From Oligoflexales bacterium (GTDB taxonomy: Bacteria; Bdellovibrionota_B; Oligoflexia; Oligoflexales; JAPPIL01): 64,000 bases of DNA. Where the stretch lies: the NCBI GenBank assembly GCA_965215515.1, contig OZ244057.1, positions 224,001 through 288,000 on the forward strand, given 5' to 3'. Shown here in pieces: positions 1 through 9,060 of this stretch (position 1 is the first letter of the stretch; each line of letters opens with the position of its first letter). The notes beneath the pieces are model-generated. The model had not been told where the DNA came from. It made no database searches and saw only the letters and a list, made by a program, of their open reading frames with translations. Position numbers and translations under genes: made by a program.

Positions 1-1267
1 TAAGATTAATTCCAAAGGCAACAGGTATCGCCAGAATAGCGCCAAACTCGACGTAGCTGATAACTCCCTCGAGGAAGGCAAGCATAGGGCTACGAGCTTC
101 ATCCTGATACTGGTGCAGTAGTTCTGCTACCACTAAAGTATGGGCGGGGTTCTTGGCGATGACCCGTGCCGTCCCTACTTCGTTGCTGACTGCCCACTGA
201 TAGATTTTTTTGTCACGCGGTAGCTTGTCATCTTTTTGCATCTTACGCAACTGCTGCAAGCTGGTGAGCAGATTGTGCTGCATTTCCCGTAAGGCTGTAG
301 CAACCGTCGTCGCGGTAAGTGTAGTCAACAGATCGTTGATGATTTCACCCGTCCCGTTTTGCTTCAACCATATACTGCCGCCGCGCTGCCGAAAAATATC
401 GCTAAACAAAATCGGTAATACTCCGTCACGCATGGCATCTATGATCGCCATTTCATAGAATTGGTAGAGTATGATAGCTTCATATCTTTCAAAATCAGTT
501 TCCTGAAAAAGAACCCCCTTTTTAGTCGGCTGCAATATGTTCAAGAGGTTAATAATCTTATTAAATTTGCTTATGGCGGCATTGACACGCTCCGTCACCT
601 GCCCGATGTCGTTGAAAGGGGCATGGAGGGAATTCTGTGCTTGTCCCGTGGACAAAAGTTTTGCACAATCTCTACCATGCGTCTCTCGACAACTGGCATC
701 GAAATCATCTGCCAAAAACGGAAACAGATACTGCTGGGTGCGCAAGGTGTTTTCGGTCATGGCGATAACTTCGCGCAACAGAGCACGCATAAACTCCCGC
801 TTGGCTTGGTCGGTGCTGCCTGTCGCGGTGAACTCGCCTGCCATAGCTTGGCGGTGAAAGGCATCGCGATCTGCTGTCGTGTCGACGATAGTCACAGGAG
901 TTTGGCGTAGTTTATCGAGAATAAGTGCGGCGAGGTTTTTCTTGATCAGGGTTGTGTCTTCAATCACCTCGGCAATTTCTGCATAGGACAGGTAGGTTTT
1001 GAGCTTGGAGAGATGCTGCTGGGCAGTGACCAGATTGCGATCTGCAATACTGCTGTCTTGCAAGGCAGCGCTGGTCTTGGTGATCAACGCGTTCATCCCC
1101 TCACGATCGAGGTAGAGCCTTTTCTCGAAGACCATCTGGTACTCGAGCCGCAACTCGCTCTCCCACCGATCAGCTGTGCTCTGCTGCAGGGTAGCAAAGT
1201 TCGGTGTGCAAGCAGTTACCAAACAAAGGACGATAAATTTACCCTGAAAAACAGCTACGCTACGCAC
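1..1267 (-). CDS. Hypothetical lipoprotein, runs off the window; paralog of 23161..24900
   Basis: Not in the ORF track. Both ends translated by hand in the same frame (middle not fully checked): GTG at 1267 after GGGGAGG, MRSVAVFQGKFIVLCLVTAC (lipobox), ELRLEYQMVFEKRL and KKIYQWAVSNEVGTARV, matching ELQIDYHLAFEKKL and KKLYQWSIVNELATAQV in 23161..24900. Confidence 0.8.
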   Translation of the reverse strand, partial: MRSVAVFQGKFIVLCLVTACTPNFATLQQSTADRWESELRLEYQMVFEKRLYLDREGMNALITKTSAALQDSSIADRNLVTAQQHLSKLKTYLSYAEIAEVIEDTTLIKKNLAALILDKLRQTPVTIVDTTADRDAFHRQAMAGEFTATGSTDQAKREFMRALLREVIAMTENTLRTQQYLFPFLADDFDASCRETHGRDCAKLLSTGQAQNSLHAPFNDIGQVTERVNAAISKFNKIINLLNILQPTKKGVLFQETDFERYEAIILYQFYEMAIIDAMRDGVLPILFSDIFRQRGGSIWLKQNGTGEIINDLLTTLTATTVATALREMQHNLLTSLQQLRKMQKDDKLPRDKKIYQWAVSNEVGTARVIAKNPAHTLVVAELLHQYQDEARSPMLAFLEGVISYVEFGAILAIPVAFGINL

Positions 1268-1439
1268 AGTCACCTCCCCAATTCAGACCGAAGTACCCTT
1301 ACTCCGTACCTAAGACACATACACCGTGCCTCATTCTGCATATTATATATTATTTATAATAATTTTAAAAGTATAATTTAATTTTAAAGTAATTTTTTCT
1401 TGATTATGCTCGTATCTATGGTTACCATGCGGCGCGCTT

Positions 1440-1727
1440 ATGTATGTTTTGGTTGCTAAAATTACCTTTGATCTTGGAGATATAGAGCCTGATAGGGGTT
1501 TCTATCGGCATTTGGGGGCTAAGATACGTGCTCGCCATCGTGTCTGTGCCTACATTTACAGTGAGGGTGAGCAGGCGGTGTTGGCGTTAACGGCGCTGGC
1601 GCGGCAGCGTGATGTGTTGTCGCTACAGTACGAGCGCATCTGTGCCTTGTGTGAACAAGAGGGGTTGGGGAGGGTTTTCAGCACAGATGGTGAGCCGCTG
1701 ATCGTCTCTATCGACCGCTTGTGTTGA
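1440..1727 (+). CDS. Small hypothetical protein, possibly DUF503/YlxP-like
   Basis: 95 aa, ATG start; N-terminal MYVLVAKITFDL and size resemble DUF503. Confidence 0.45.
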   Translation: MYVLVAKITFDLGDIEPDRGFYRHLGAKIRARHRVCAYIYSEGEQAVLALTALARQRDVLSLQYERICALCEQEGLGRVFSTDGEPLIVSIDRLC

Positions 1728-1828
1728 TTTCTGCTGCACTTTTGCCACGTCTCTGCTACCCTGTAAGCAGGCAATCTGACATGTGGTTATATTCATGCCT
1801 GCGCGGAATGCGGGGCGGGGGGGTCGTG

Positions 1829-3211
1829 ATGTTGAGGCGTTGGGGCTGTTGGCTGGGTGTGCTCGTCTACATCAGCGCGGGTGTCGCACGGGGAGCTGAC
1901 GCGGGTGCTTTTGTATCGGAGTGGCGGGTGGTAGATGGTGATTTGGAGATAATTTTACCGCTGCCGTACGGTTATACTTATGATTTCACGGTCGATTGGG
2001 GTGATGGCAACACTGTGCATGTCGATACTTTTGACGCTCCTGAGGCGCGGCATGTGTACGCGGCGGCTGGTGTTTACACGGTAACCATCACGGGGCTCCT
2101 TGAGGCGTGGAGTTTTTTTCGTCACCCTGCCAGTCGTGATAAACTGCTAGCCATCCATGATTTAGGGCGAGTGGGCTGGAAGGACTTCTACGGTGCCTTC
2201 ATGGGCTGTGACAATTTGGGTACTGTGAGCGGGGGAGACACGAGTGCGGTTACCGACATGAGTTACATGTTCTACCTGACTCCGCTGGCAATGCCCGATA
2301 CTAGCGGCTGGGATACGAGCAGAGTCACTGCTATGCTATTCACTTTCAGCAAAACGGGCCAGGCTGACCCCGATGTCGGTACTTGGGACACCAGCGCTTT
2401 GCTGCGAGCTGACGGCATGTTTCGGCATGCACAGGTGGCCGATCCTGCTGTCGGAGACTGGGATACATCTTCCCTGACGCGGGCGGCGGCGATGTTTGAG
2501 GGGACAGCGCTCGCCAATCCTGATGTCAGCCGTTGGAATACAAGTCTTTTGCGTGACATCTCCTATATGTTTAGCAATGCCGAGCGGGCTAGTCCCGATG
2601 TCAGTGCTTGGGATGTGTCCCGTGTGCAGACGATGCGTGGGTTGTTTCGTGGCACGAAGGTTGCCGATCCCGATGTCAGTCGTTGGGACGTGTCTAGTGT
2701 GACCACGATGGAGTCTATGTTCAGCGGAGCGTTGCTAGCCGATCCCGAGGTCGGTGCTTGGGATGTGTCCGAGGTAACTGCTATGCGTGATATGTTTAGG
2801 GAGACGGCAGCCGCTAATCCCGATGTCAGTGCTTGGGACGTGTCCAAGGTGACGAGCATGGAGCGCATGTTTTACAAGGCACGGGCGGCCAGTCCCGAGG
2901 TCGGTGCTTGGGACGTGTCGCGTGTGACCAACATGGAACAGATGTTTTATGCTGCCGAGAAGGCACAGCCCGATATGACCCTGTGGAACTTTGCTGCTGT
3001 TGTCTCTATGTACAAGATGTTTTACGGGGTCAAGCTTGCCACTGAGCTCTACAGTGCGATGTTGGTGCGTCTGGTAGAGACTGCCGCCAGCCGCGCGGTG
3101 TATCTTGACGGTGGCAGGTCCAGGTACAACCACAGCGGTCGTATTGCACGTGAGATTTTGCGCAGTCAGCGTAGTTGGATGATTCGTGACGGTGGACGCG
3201 AGCGCTACTAG
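1829..3211 (+). CDS. BspA/DUF285-type LRR surface protein with N-terminal PKD-like domain
   Basis: Signal peptide, VDWGDG motif, about ten 25-aa repeats (PDVSxWDxSxVTxMxxMF); start placed at ATG 1829. Confidence 0.9.
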   Translation: MLRRWGCWLGVLVYISAGVARGADAGAFVSEWRVVDGDLEIILPLPYGYTYDFTVDWGDGNTVHVDTFDAPEARHVYAAAGVYTVTITGLLEAWSFFRHPASRDKLLAIHDLGRVGWKDFYGAFMGCDNLGTVSGGDTSAVTDMSYMFYLTPLAMPDTSGWDTSRVTAMLFTFSKTGQADPDVGTWDTSALLRADGMFRHAQVADPAVGDWDTSSLTRAAAMFEGTALANPDVSRWNTSLLRDISYMFSNAERASPDVSAWDVSRVQTMRGLFRGTKVADPDVSRWDVSSVTTMESMFSGALLADPEVGAWDVSEVTAMRDMFRETAAANPDVSAWDVSKVTSMERMFYKARAASPEVGAWDVSRVTNMEQMFYAAEKAQPDMTLWNFAAVVSMYKMFYGVKLATELYSAMLVRLVETAASRAVYLDGGRSRYNHSGRIAREILRSQRSWMIRDGGRERY

Positions 3212-3255
3212 ATAGCGGTTGACGATGGCGGTGGTAACAGGTTTCAATTGTCCGC

Positions 3256-4449
3256 ATGGATGTTGGAGTTCCTGAAGACGAATTTCTGCTCACCCCCTCA
3301 CCCTTGCCTCTAGGGGAAAAACTGTGTGATGTGCAGTGTCACGAGCTGGCTTATCGCACTGCCTTCGCAGGTTTGGGGCATGTTTCACCTAATCCGCTCG
3401 TCGGTTGTGTCATTACCGATGCACACGGGCATTTGCTGGCTGTCGGTGCGCATCGCCGTTATGGTGAGGCTCATGCCGAAGCGGAGGCGGTGGCACAGGT
3501 TTGTGCTCGTGGCGGTGCACAGTGCTTACAGGGTGCGCGTCTCTTTGTAACTTTACAGCCTTGCACCCATCACGGCAAGACCCCCCCCTGCAGTGAGCTG
3601 TTGTTGCGACATGGTATACGAGAGGTGCACTATGGTGCTGATGACCCTAACCCGCGGGTAGATAGTTTAGCGTCGTTGCGGCGTGCAGGTGTTGTTTGTC
3701 GTAAATACGAGCATCGAGACTTGCGATGGTTGGATGAAGCGTACTTCTTTCATGCTGCGGGTCAAGGGGGTGATCGTCCTTTTGTGGCCGCCAAGATCGC
3801 CGCGGGTTTGGACGGCAGTTTTGCTGCTCAGGGGCGGGGGGCGCGTCTGCGCCTCAGCGATACGCGTGCTCTGCAGTATGGGCATTTTTTGCGGCAGCGT
3901 TACGATGCGATTCTTGTCGGTGCGGGGACGCTACGACTTGACAACCCGCGTTTGAATGTGCGCGTGCCGTTTCCTCAACGGCGTACGCCGCGGCGGGTGG
4001 TGCTCACCGATGCGGCGGCGTTGCGTGCTGATTGGCGCTTGTTTGAGTCCGAGCCGCATACGGTCATCGTCGTAGTGTCAGAAGCAGAGCGCGAGCACTG
4101 TGCCGCGTGGCTGCCGCCCGAGGTGGTAGTGTTGTCGTTGCCGCGGCGAGCCGATGGCAGGTTTGATCTCTCGCGGTTATTACGTGTTCTTTACCGTGAA
4201 CACCGCGTTTATTCTCTGTTGTTGGAAGGTGGCGGGCGACTGTGGGCTTCTTTTTGTGCGGCAGGTTTGGTCGACAAGTTATACCTCTTTCAGTCGCCTT
4301 GTACACATCCACAGGCAAGAAGTTGGGGTGTTGCGCTGGCCGATACCCCTGCGCTGGCATTGCGCGATGTGCGCTTGCTGCCCCTCGCCAGTGATTGGGT
4401 GGTTGAGGGAATGGTTGATAGGCGTAGCATCGTTTCGTCATCTTCTTGA
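3256..4449 (+). CDS. ribD: Riboflavin biosynthesis deaminase/reductase RibD
   Basis: SPNPLVGCV, HAE, PCTHHGKTPPC zinc motifs; AILVGAGT, DNPRL, LLEGGG reductase motifs. Confidence 0.95.
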   Translation: MDVGVPEDEFLLTPSPLPLGEKLCDVQCHELAYRTAFAGLGHVSPNPLVGCVITDAHGHLLAVGAHRRYGEAHAEAEAVAQVCARGGAQCLQGARLFVTLQPCTHHGKTPPCSELLLRHGIREVHYGADDPNPRVDSLASLRRAGVVCRKYEHRDLRWLDEAYFFHAAGQGGDRPFVAAKIAAGLDGSFAAQGRGARLRLSDTRALQYGHFLRQRYDAILVGAGTLRLDNPRLNVRVPFPQRRTPRRVVLTDAAALRADWRLFESEPHTVIVVVSEAEREHCAAWLPPEVVVLSLPRRADGRFDLSRLLRVLYREHRVYSLLLEGGGRLWASFCAAGLVDKLYLFQSPCTHPQARSWGVALADTPALALRDVRLLPLASDWVVEGMVDRRSIVSSSS

Positions 4450-4482
4450 CAGGTGGTAGTGCTGACATCTTTAGTGATTGTC

Positions 4483-5262
4483 TCAGGCCACGAAGCTCAG
4501 CCCATCGTAGGCGAAGTTGATGCCTGGTGGCAGTTCGGCACGGTGCTTGTGGTAATCAACCTCGTGCGACAGGTGGGTGATGAAGCCGCGACGTACGTTG
4601 AGGGCTTGCAGGATGGCTATCGATTCTTGCACCGAGCTGTGGGTTTTATGTGTGCGGAAGCGTACTCCGCTGATGACCATCGTGTCGATTTTGTTTTGCC
4701 AGCGTGCGATCAGTGTGGGGGCGAAGGTTTTGAAATCGGTGGCGTAGGCGAACTTGCCGACACGGAAAGCGTCGGTCATGATTGCCCCGTGTGGCAGACG
4801 CACACTCTCGACCTGCAATCCCGCGACTGTGAAGGGTTTGTCTGGCAGGGGCTTGAGGTCTATCTGGGGCAGTGTGCCGTAGTATCTGCTCTGCGTGTCG
4901 AAGACGTAGCGGAAGCGTTGTTTGAAGTCGGCGATGAAGTCTGTATGCATGTAGCAGGGGATAGAGTTGTTTTTGTCGTGGAAGGCGAACATACGCAGAT
5001 CGTCGAAACCGTGACAGTGGTCAGCGTGAGTGTGGGTGTAGAGCACCGCGGCCAGTGCTTTGACTTCGGCGCGCAGCATCTGCAAGCGGAATTCGGGGGC
5101 AGTGTCGATGACGATATTGCCCCTCCTGTGGGTGAGGAGCAATGAGGAGCGGGTACGGTGGTTTTCGGGGTGCTGGCTGCGGCACACGGAGCAGTCACAA
5201 CCGATCACGGGCACACCCGTGGAAGTGCCGCTGCCGAGGACGGTAACCTTGATGGCTGGCAT
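4483..5262 (-). CDS. MBL-fold metallo-hydrolase (PhnP-like)
   Basis: LGSGTSTGVP.IGC.C.VC, THTHADHCHGFDD, THLSH; start at MPAIKV. Confidence 0.93.
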   Translation of the reverse strand: MPAIKVTVLGSGTSTGVPVIGCDCSVCRSQHPENHRTRSSLLLTHRRGNIVIDTAPEFRLQMLRAEVKALAAVLYTHTHADHCHGFDDLRMFAFHDKNNSIPCYMHTDFIADFKQRFRYVFDTQSRYYGTLPQIDLKPLPDKPFTVAGLQVESVRLPHGAIMTDAFRVGKFAYATDFKTFAPTLIARWQNKIDTMVISGVRFRTHKTHSSVQESIAILQALNVRRGFITHLSHEVDYHKHRAELPPGINFAYDGLSFVA

Positions 5263-5505
5263 CGTGTCTGTCCCTTCCCCCCCTCCGTGCTGCTCCACGA
5301 TAGCAGGAAGGAACGGGAAAGAGAACGATTAAAATCAGTTGATCTTCACCGAGAAACTGCTGATGTTGTAGTTGCTGGTTTTTTCGTTGATGACAAGTAT
5401 TTTACCCCGACAGGTGGTGGAGGCGGGTCCCTTAACTTTTACCAGCATTTTTTTTCTATTTTGTGGATCAGGATAAATTCTTAGGTCACAGTGAGAGTCC
5501 TCCTT
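5237..5505 (+). repeat. Left copy of 269-bp direct repeat flanking rpn-1; holds the MBL gene 5' end and an orphan 3' end of the 6837..7481 gene
   Basis: aggacggtaacc...tcctt matches 6739..7007 with 4 mismatches seen. Confidence 0.97.
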
Positions 5506-5697
5506 ATCGTCGGACTGAAATGCTCCTCTGCACCCTTTAAGCTCTAGACTACGTCCGCACAAAACTTGCGCACATGTAGCGCCCTTCACAGGAAGCATAT
5601 CCATGTAGTTACAGTATGTTGGGAAATTTACCCGCATTTGTTAGCCAAGTACACCAGCCTCGTGTTAAAATATCGAGCACAGCATGACAGGGTGAAC

Positions 5698-6708
5698 ATG
5701 ATTGGGCGACGAAGACGCATAGGGCAGAAAAGACAGCGCCACAAGGCTGCCAAAGCCCGTCACTCCCACCCTCATGACAGCGTCTTCAAGACAATCTTCA
5801 AGCGTCCCGAACACTGCCGTGCCTTGCTACAGGTCTTGCTTTCCCCTAGCTTCTACACCATCTTCAACTGGCCCGCGCTGCAGATCACCGAAAGCACCGC
5901 AGCGGGAAGGAAGGGACAGGAACGCAGAGCTGACATCGTACTGGAAGTGCCGTTGTGGCCTTCCAAAGCCCGTGTCATCATCACTATCATCTTGGAGCAC
6001 AAGAGTTACCGTGACAACGACACCATCCTGCAGATGCTGGGCTATTACAACGAGATCGCCCAACAGACGGGCGGCATCATCCTCCCCATCATCGTCACCT
6101 GTGGCAAGGACAAGAGAGCAGTTATCCCCTCCGATTACCTTAGTTGGGCACTGCAAAGGCAGGGTGCACCCGAAGAGTTGAGGCGGCAACTGAAGAAAAT
6201 TGCCAATTTTGCTTGTCCTTTAGTGAACTTACACGATTTATCCTACCGTCGCATGCGCCGCGGAGGCGAGGTGGTGAGCTTGGCGTTGTTCGGCATACGT
6301 AACTACTGGGATATGGACGAGGAGGTAGTGGTCAAGATTCTCAAGAAGGCACGCCTGTTGCCACAACAGGAGCGAGAGTTTATGCTCAATGTGTTAATGG
6401 ACTACTACGAATGTGCCGATAAGGGGTACGACGTGAGGGGGTTTGCGGAGATTGAACGTAAGCGTTTTCCACACCTGAAGGAGGAAGAGAGACTGATGCC
6501 AGAGATGGAATTTGGCCTTGATAGAGCGAGACAAGAGGGCATACGGCAGGGTATCGAGCAAGGTATGCGCAAGGGCGTAGAGCAAAAGCAGCAGGATGTT
6601 GTCGCGCGGATGTTGGCGAGAGGTATGCCTGACAAGCAGATTTGTGACGTTACACAGATCAGCGCAAAAGAGCTAGCTGACATTAAGCGTGAGCTGCAAA
6701 AAAGCTGA
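5698..6708 (+). CDS. Rpn family recombination-promoting nuclease / putative transposase (rpn-1)
   Basis: PHDSVFK, RRADIV, ILEHKSY, C-terminal QEGIRQGIEQG repeats and HTH-like tail; ATG 5698. Confidence 0.93.
   Translation: MIGRRRRIGQKRQRHKAAKARHSHPHDSVFKTIFKRPEHCRALLQVLLSPSFYTIFNWPALQITESTAAGRKGQERRADIVLEVPLWPSKARVIITIILEHKSYRDNDTILQMLGYYNEIAQQTGGIILPIIVTCGKDKRAVIPSDYLSWALQRQGAPEELRRQLKKIANFACPLVNLHDLSYRRMRRGGEVVSLALFGIRNYWDMDEEVVVKILKKARLLPQQEREFMLNVLMDYYECADKGYDVRGFAEIERKRFPHLKEEERLMPEMEFGLDRARQEGIRQGIEQGMRKGVEQKQQDVVARMLARGMPDKQICDVTQISAKELADIKRELQKS
6496..6708 (+). CDS. Predicted in-frame internal RpnS-type antitoxin (70 aa)
   Basis: AAGGAGG followed by an in-frame ATG at 6496, just before the EG/QG repeats, as described for Rpn genes. 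Confidence 0.55.
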   Translation: MPEMEFGLDRARQEGIRQGIEQGMRKGVEQKQQDVVARMLARGMPDKQICDVTQISAKELADIKRELQKS

Positions 6709-6738
6709 TCGTCAGGTAGCTCACAAATTTGCCCATCA

Positions 6739-7007
6739 AGGACGGTAACCTTGATGGCTGGCATCGTGTCTGTCCCTTCCCCCCCTCCGTGCTGCTCCAC
6801 GATAGCAGGAAGGAACGGGAAAGAGAACGGTTAAAATCAGTTGATCTTCACCGAGAAACTGCTGATGTTGTAGTTGCTGGTTTTTTCGTTGATGACAAGT
6901 ATTTTACCCCGACAGGTGGTGGAGGCGGGGCCCTTAACTTTTACCAGCATTTTTTTTCTATTTTGTGGATCAGGATAAATTCTTAGGTCACAGCGAGAGC
7001 CCTCCTT
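6739..7007 (+). repeat. Right copy of 269-bp direct repeat flanking rpn-1
   Basis: Offset 1502 from 5237..5505; holds the intact 3' end of 6837..7481 and an orphan MBL 5' end. Confidence 0.97.
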
Positions 7008-7481
7008 TTTGAACACATTTATCTGGTGGGTATCTTGGCTCGCGGTGGCAAACGTGGCAGTACCGATATACTTGAAGTCAGTACTTGCCCCCTGCACGCT
7101 AGGATGGCCTTGCCAAGTGATTTTGATACTGTGGTCGATCTCGCCTCTCCCCGTCGCAACGCTTGGTTCAACACACTTGCTGCCAGTCCAGCTGTAGTTT
7201 CTATCCTTTTCTTTGCCGATTTTATCGCAGTCCTCCTGGCTGTTCGCCCCTTCGCAGGCAGTCAACCCATTGACCATACCCAGGTGCTTGACACAGAATG
7301 CCAGATCTGGTGGAACGCATAATTTTTTCGTGCTGTCATAAGCTTGATACTTATCCTTGCAGGATTGCGCATTTACGGCGGTGCTGTCTTTGGGCTTTTT
7401 CTTGATCTCACAGGCGGGTAAAGCCAGTGAAGCACAGGTAAGGAGGTTGGCGACTGCAAAGATGCGGTTTTTTTGTGTCAT
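6837..7481 (-). CDS. Hypothetical Cys-containing lipoprotein (214 aa)
   Basis: ATG 7481 after GAGGA; MTQKNRIFAVANLLTCASLALPAC lipobox; the longer ORF-track version is antisense to serB. Confidence 0.8.
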   Translation of the reverse strand: MTQKNRIFAVANLLTCASLALPACEIKKKPKDSTAVNAQSCKDKYQAYDSTKKLCVPPDLAFCVKHLGMVNGLTACEGANSQEDCDKIGKEKDRNYSWTGSKCVEPSVATGRGEIDHSIKITWQGHPSVQGASTDFKYIGTATFATASQDTHQINVFKKEGSRCDLRIYPDPQNRKKMLVKVKGPASTTCRGKILVINEKTSNYNISSFSVKIN

Positions 7482-7559
7482 ACTATCCTCGCTCGGTGTA
7501 AAGTGTGTACATTCTCTATTGTAGCATGCAACAGCCGATTGCGCATGAAAGGCGTGGAA

Positions 7560-8390
7560 ATGACACAAACACGGGTGGTTACAGACGATGTGCGCATTGT
7601 ACGTGATTTTTTCAACATAGACAAGTGGGAGGAGGTCGGTCAGCCCCCGTTGTTGGTAACAGCGGTGCCTTCCGCACAACTGCATAGCTTGCCGTGCGGT
7701 TTTTGGCAACACTGCCACCTGCACAACATAACCTGCGGCTTCAGGGACACGCAGACGCACATCAAGGCGGTGTTCTTTGACATGGACCGCACGGTAGTGC
7801 GCGAGGAATCGATCGTCGAACTGGCCAAAATTGCCGACCGCAAAGCGGAGATCGAAAGACTCACCGACCAAGGCATGGCAGGCACTCTGTCCTATCGGGA
7901 AGTCTACGACCGCCGCATCGCGATGCTCAGCTCCGTCAGCCAGGAACAGATGGCAGACCTCCACCGTGACCTGCATTTTAACCAAGGCATCCGTGATACT
8001 CTGCTTGAGTTAAAAAAACTAAATATAAAAGTTTTTCTTATCTCATCGGGATTTTACCCTGTAGTCAAAGAAGTGTGCAAGGTGTTGCAATTTGATGACT
8101 GTGAGGGCAGCCGTGTCAAGTTTAGCGATGGGTATGTTACTGCGGAGGGGGAACATGTTATAATTGACGGTGAGGGGAAGCGTGCGTGGATGGAGCGAAA
8201 GTGTCGAGAGCTCGGTATTGGTTTGCATGAGGTGGCTGCTGTCGGTGACGGAGCTAACGATGTGGCGATGATGCAGGTGGCGGCGGTTGCGGTTGGCTTT
8301 TCCCCTCAGGCAGTGTTGTTGCAGTACGTGAATGCGTTGAATCTCTGTGGAGATCATCGTTTTTTGATACCGTTGTTAACAGGTGAGTAG
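7560..8390 (+). CDS. serB: Phosphoserine phosphatase SerB (HAD family)
   Basis: FDMDRTV, ESIVELA, ISSGF, AVGDGANDVAM; start could be 7545. Confidence 0.85.
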   Translation: MTQTRVVTDDVRIVRDFFNIDKWEEVGQPPLLVTAVPSAQLHSLPCGFWQHCHLHNITCGFRDTQTHIKAVFFDMDRTVVREESIVELAKIADRKAEIERLTDQGMAGTLSYREVYDRRIAMLSSVSQEQMADLHRDLHFNQGIRDTLLELKKLNIKVFLISSGFYPVVKEVCKVLQFDDCEGSRVKFSDGYVTAEGEHVIIDGEGKRAWMERKCRELGIGLHEVAAVGDGANDVAMMQVAAVAVGFSPQAVLLQYVNALNLCGDHRFLIPLLTGE

Positions 8391-8399
8391 GAAGCAATC

Positions 8400-9041
8400 G
8401 TGAAAAACAACATCCTTTGCATGGTGGCGATGTGGGTACTGGTGTCTTGCGTCCCTGTTCCTGTACGAGACCGACCGACCTCCGGTGTGCGCAGCGACTT
8501 TAGCATCGAGCCTGAGGGCACTTGGCTGATACGCTGTCTTGATGTCGCTAGCTCTGCCGCGGGGAAAGCGATTGTTGCCCACCAGATGAAAGTAGTTTTT
8601 GCTGCAGAAGAGCCGACCTTCACCTTGTCGCACAGTTTTCTGAGCCAGGGTTGCACAGACGACCAGCCTGAGGTGGCCTTGCACAGACAGATTCAGGGTA
8701 GAATCAAACTGGGGGAGCATGCCGATATCGACGATAGCAGGCGTGGTCGTGCGGTGGAAGTGGAGATTAGCCGCGATTCGTACACTCCCAAAACCAGAAC
8801 TGGCTTGGACTACCTGCGTGAGAGACTCGATGACGGGGTGGGTAGCTCGCCCGCGGTCGGCGAGGAGATGGTTATCCCTGAAAATATCAGACCTTACAAC
8901 AAGCTTTACGGAACATTGGCAGTAGCCAAAGCCGTCCGCAATGCCATGCATGTCTACCTCGGCCCCCAGCGGAAGAACATCGAGGACATCGTTCCGCATC
9001 TCAATGCCAGCAATCTCTACGTGCGACACATCACCAAGTAA
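8400..9041 (+). CDS. Hypothetical lipoprotein
   Basis: GTG after AGGA, LVSC lipobox, directly downstream of serB. Confidence 0.7.
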   Translation: MKNNILCMVAMWVLVSCVPVPVRDRPTSGVRSDFSIEPEGTWLIRCLDVASSAAGKAIVAHQMKVVFAAEEPTFTLSHSFLSQGCTDDQPEVALHRQIQGRIKLGEHADIDDSRRGRAVEVEISRDSYTPKTRTGLDYLRERLDDGVGSSPAVGEEMVIPENIRPYNKLYGTLAVAKAVRNAMHVYLGPQRKNIEDIVPHLNASNLYVRHITK

Positions 9042-9060
9042 GTTGGCAAGGGGAGCAAAA

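Noticed and set aside
210..1381. Several plus-strand ORFs
   Set aside because: Antisense shadows of the minus-strand gene 1..1267
2260..2990. Regular 75-bp repeats here and at ~61430-62270 as CRISPR arrays
   Set aside because: In-frame coding repeats of DUF285 proteins; no invariant repeat with unique spacers and no cas genes
5501..5508. Short shared words at cassette junctions (GATAAGGA here inverted and at 57444; AAGGACGGT at 6738 and 57447) as recognition sites
   Set aside because: Only 8-9 bp with inconsistent position and orientation; compatible with chance
5335..5637. 100-aa minus-strand ORF
   Set aside because: Chance fusion of cassette DNA to the duplicated 3' end of the 6837..7481 gene
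7482..7985. N-terminal extension of the 382-aa ORF
   Set aside because: Overlaps serB antisense; RBS and lipobox place the start at 7481
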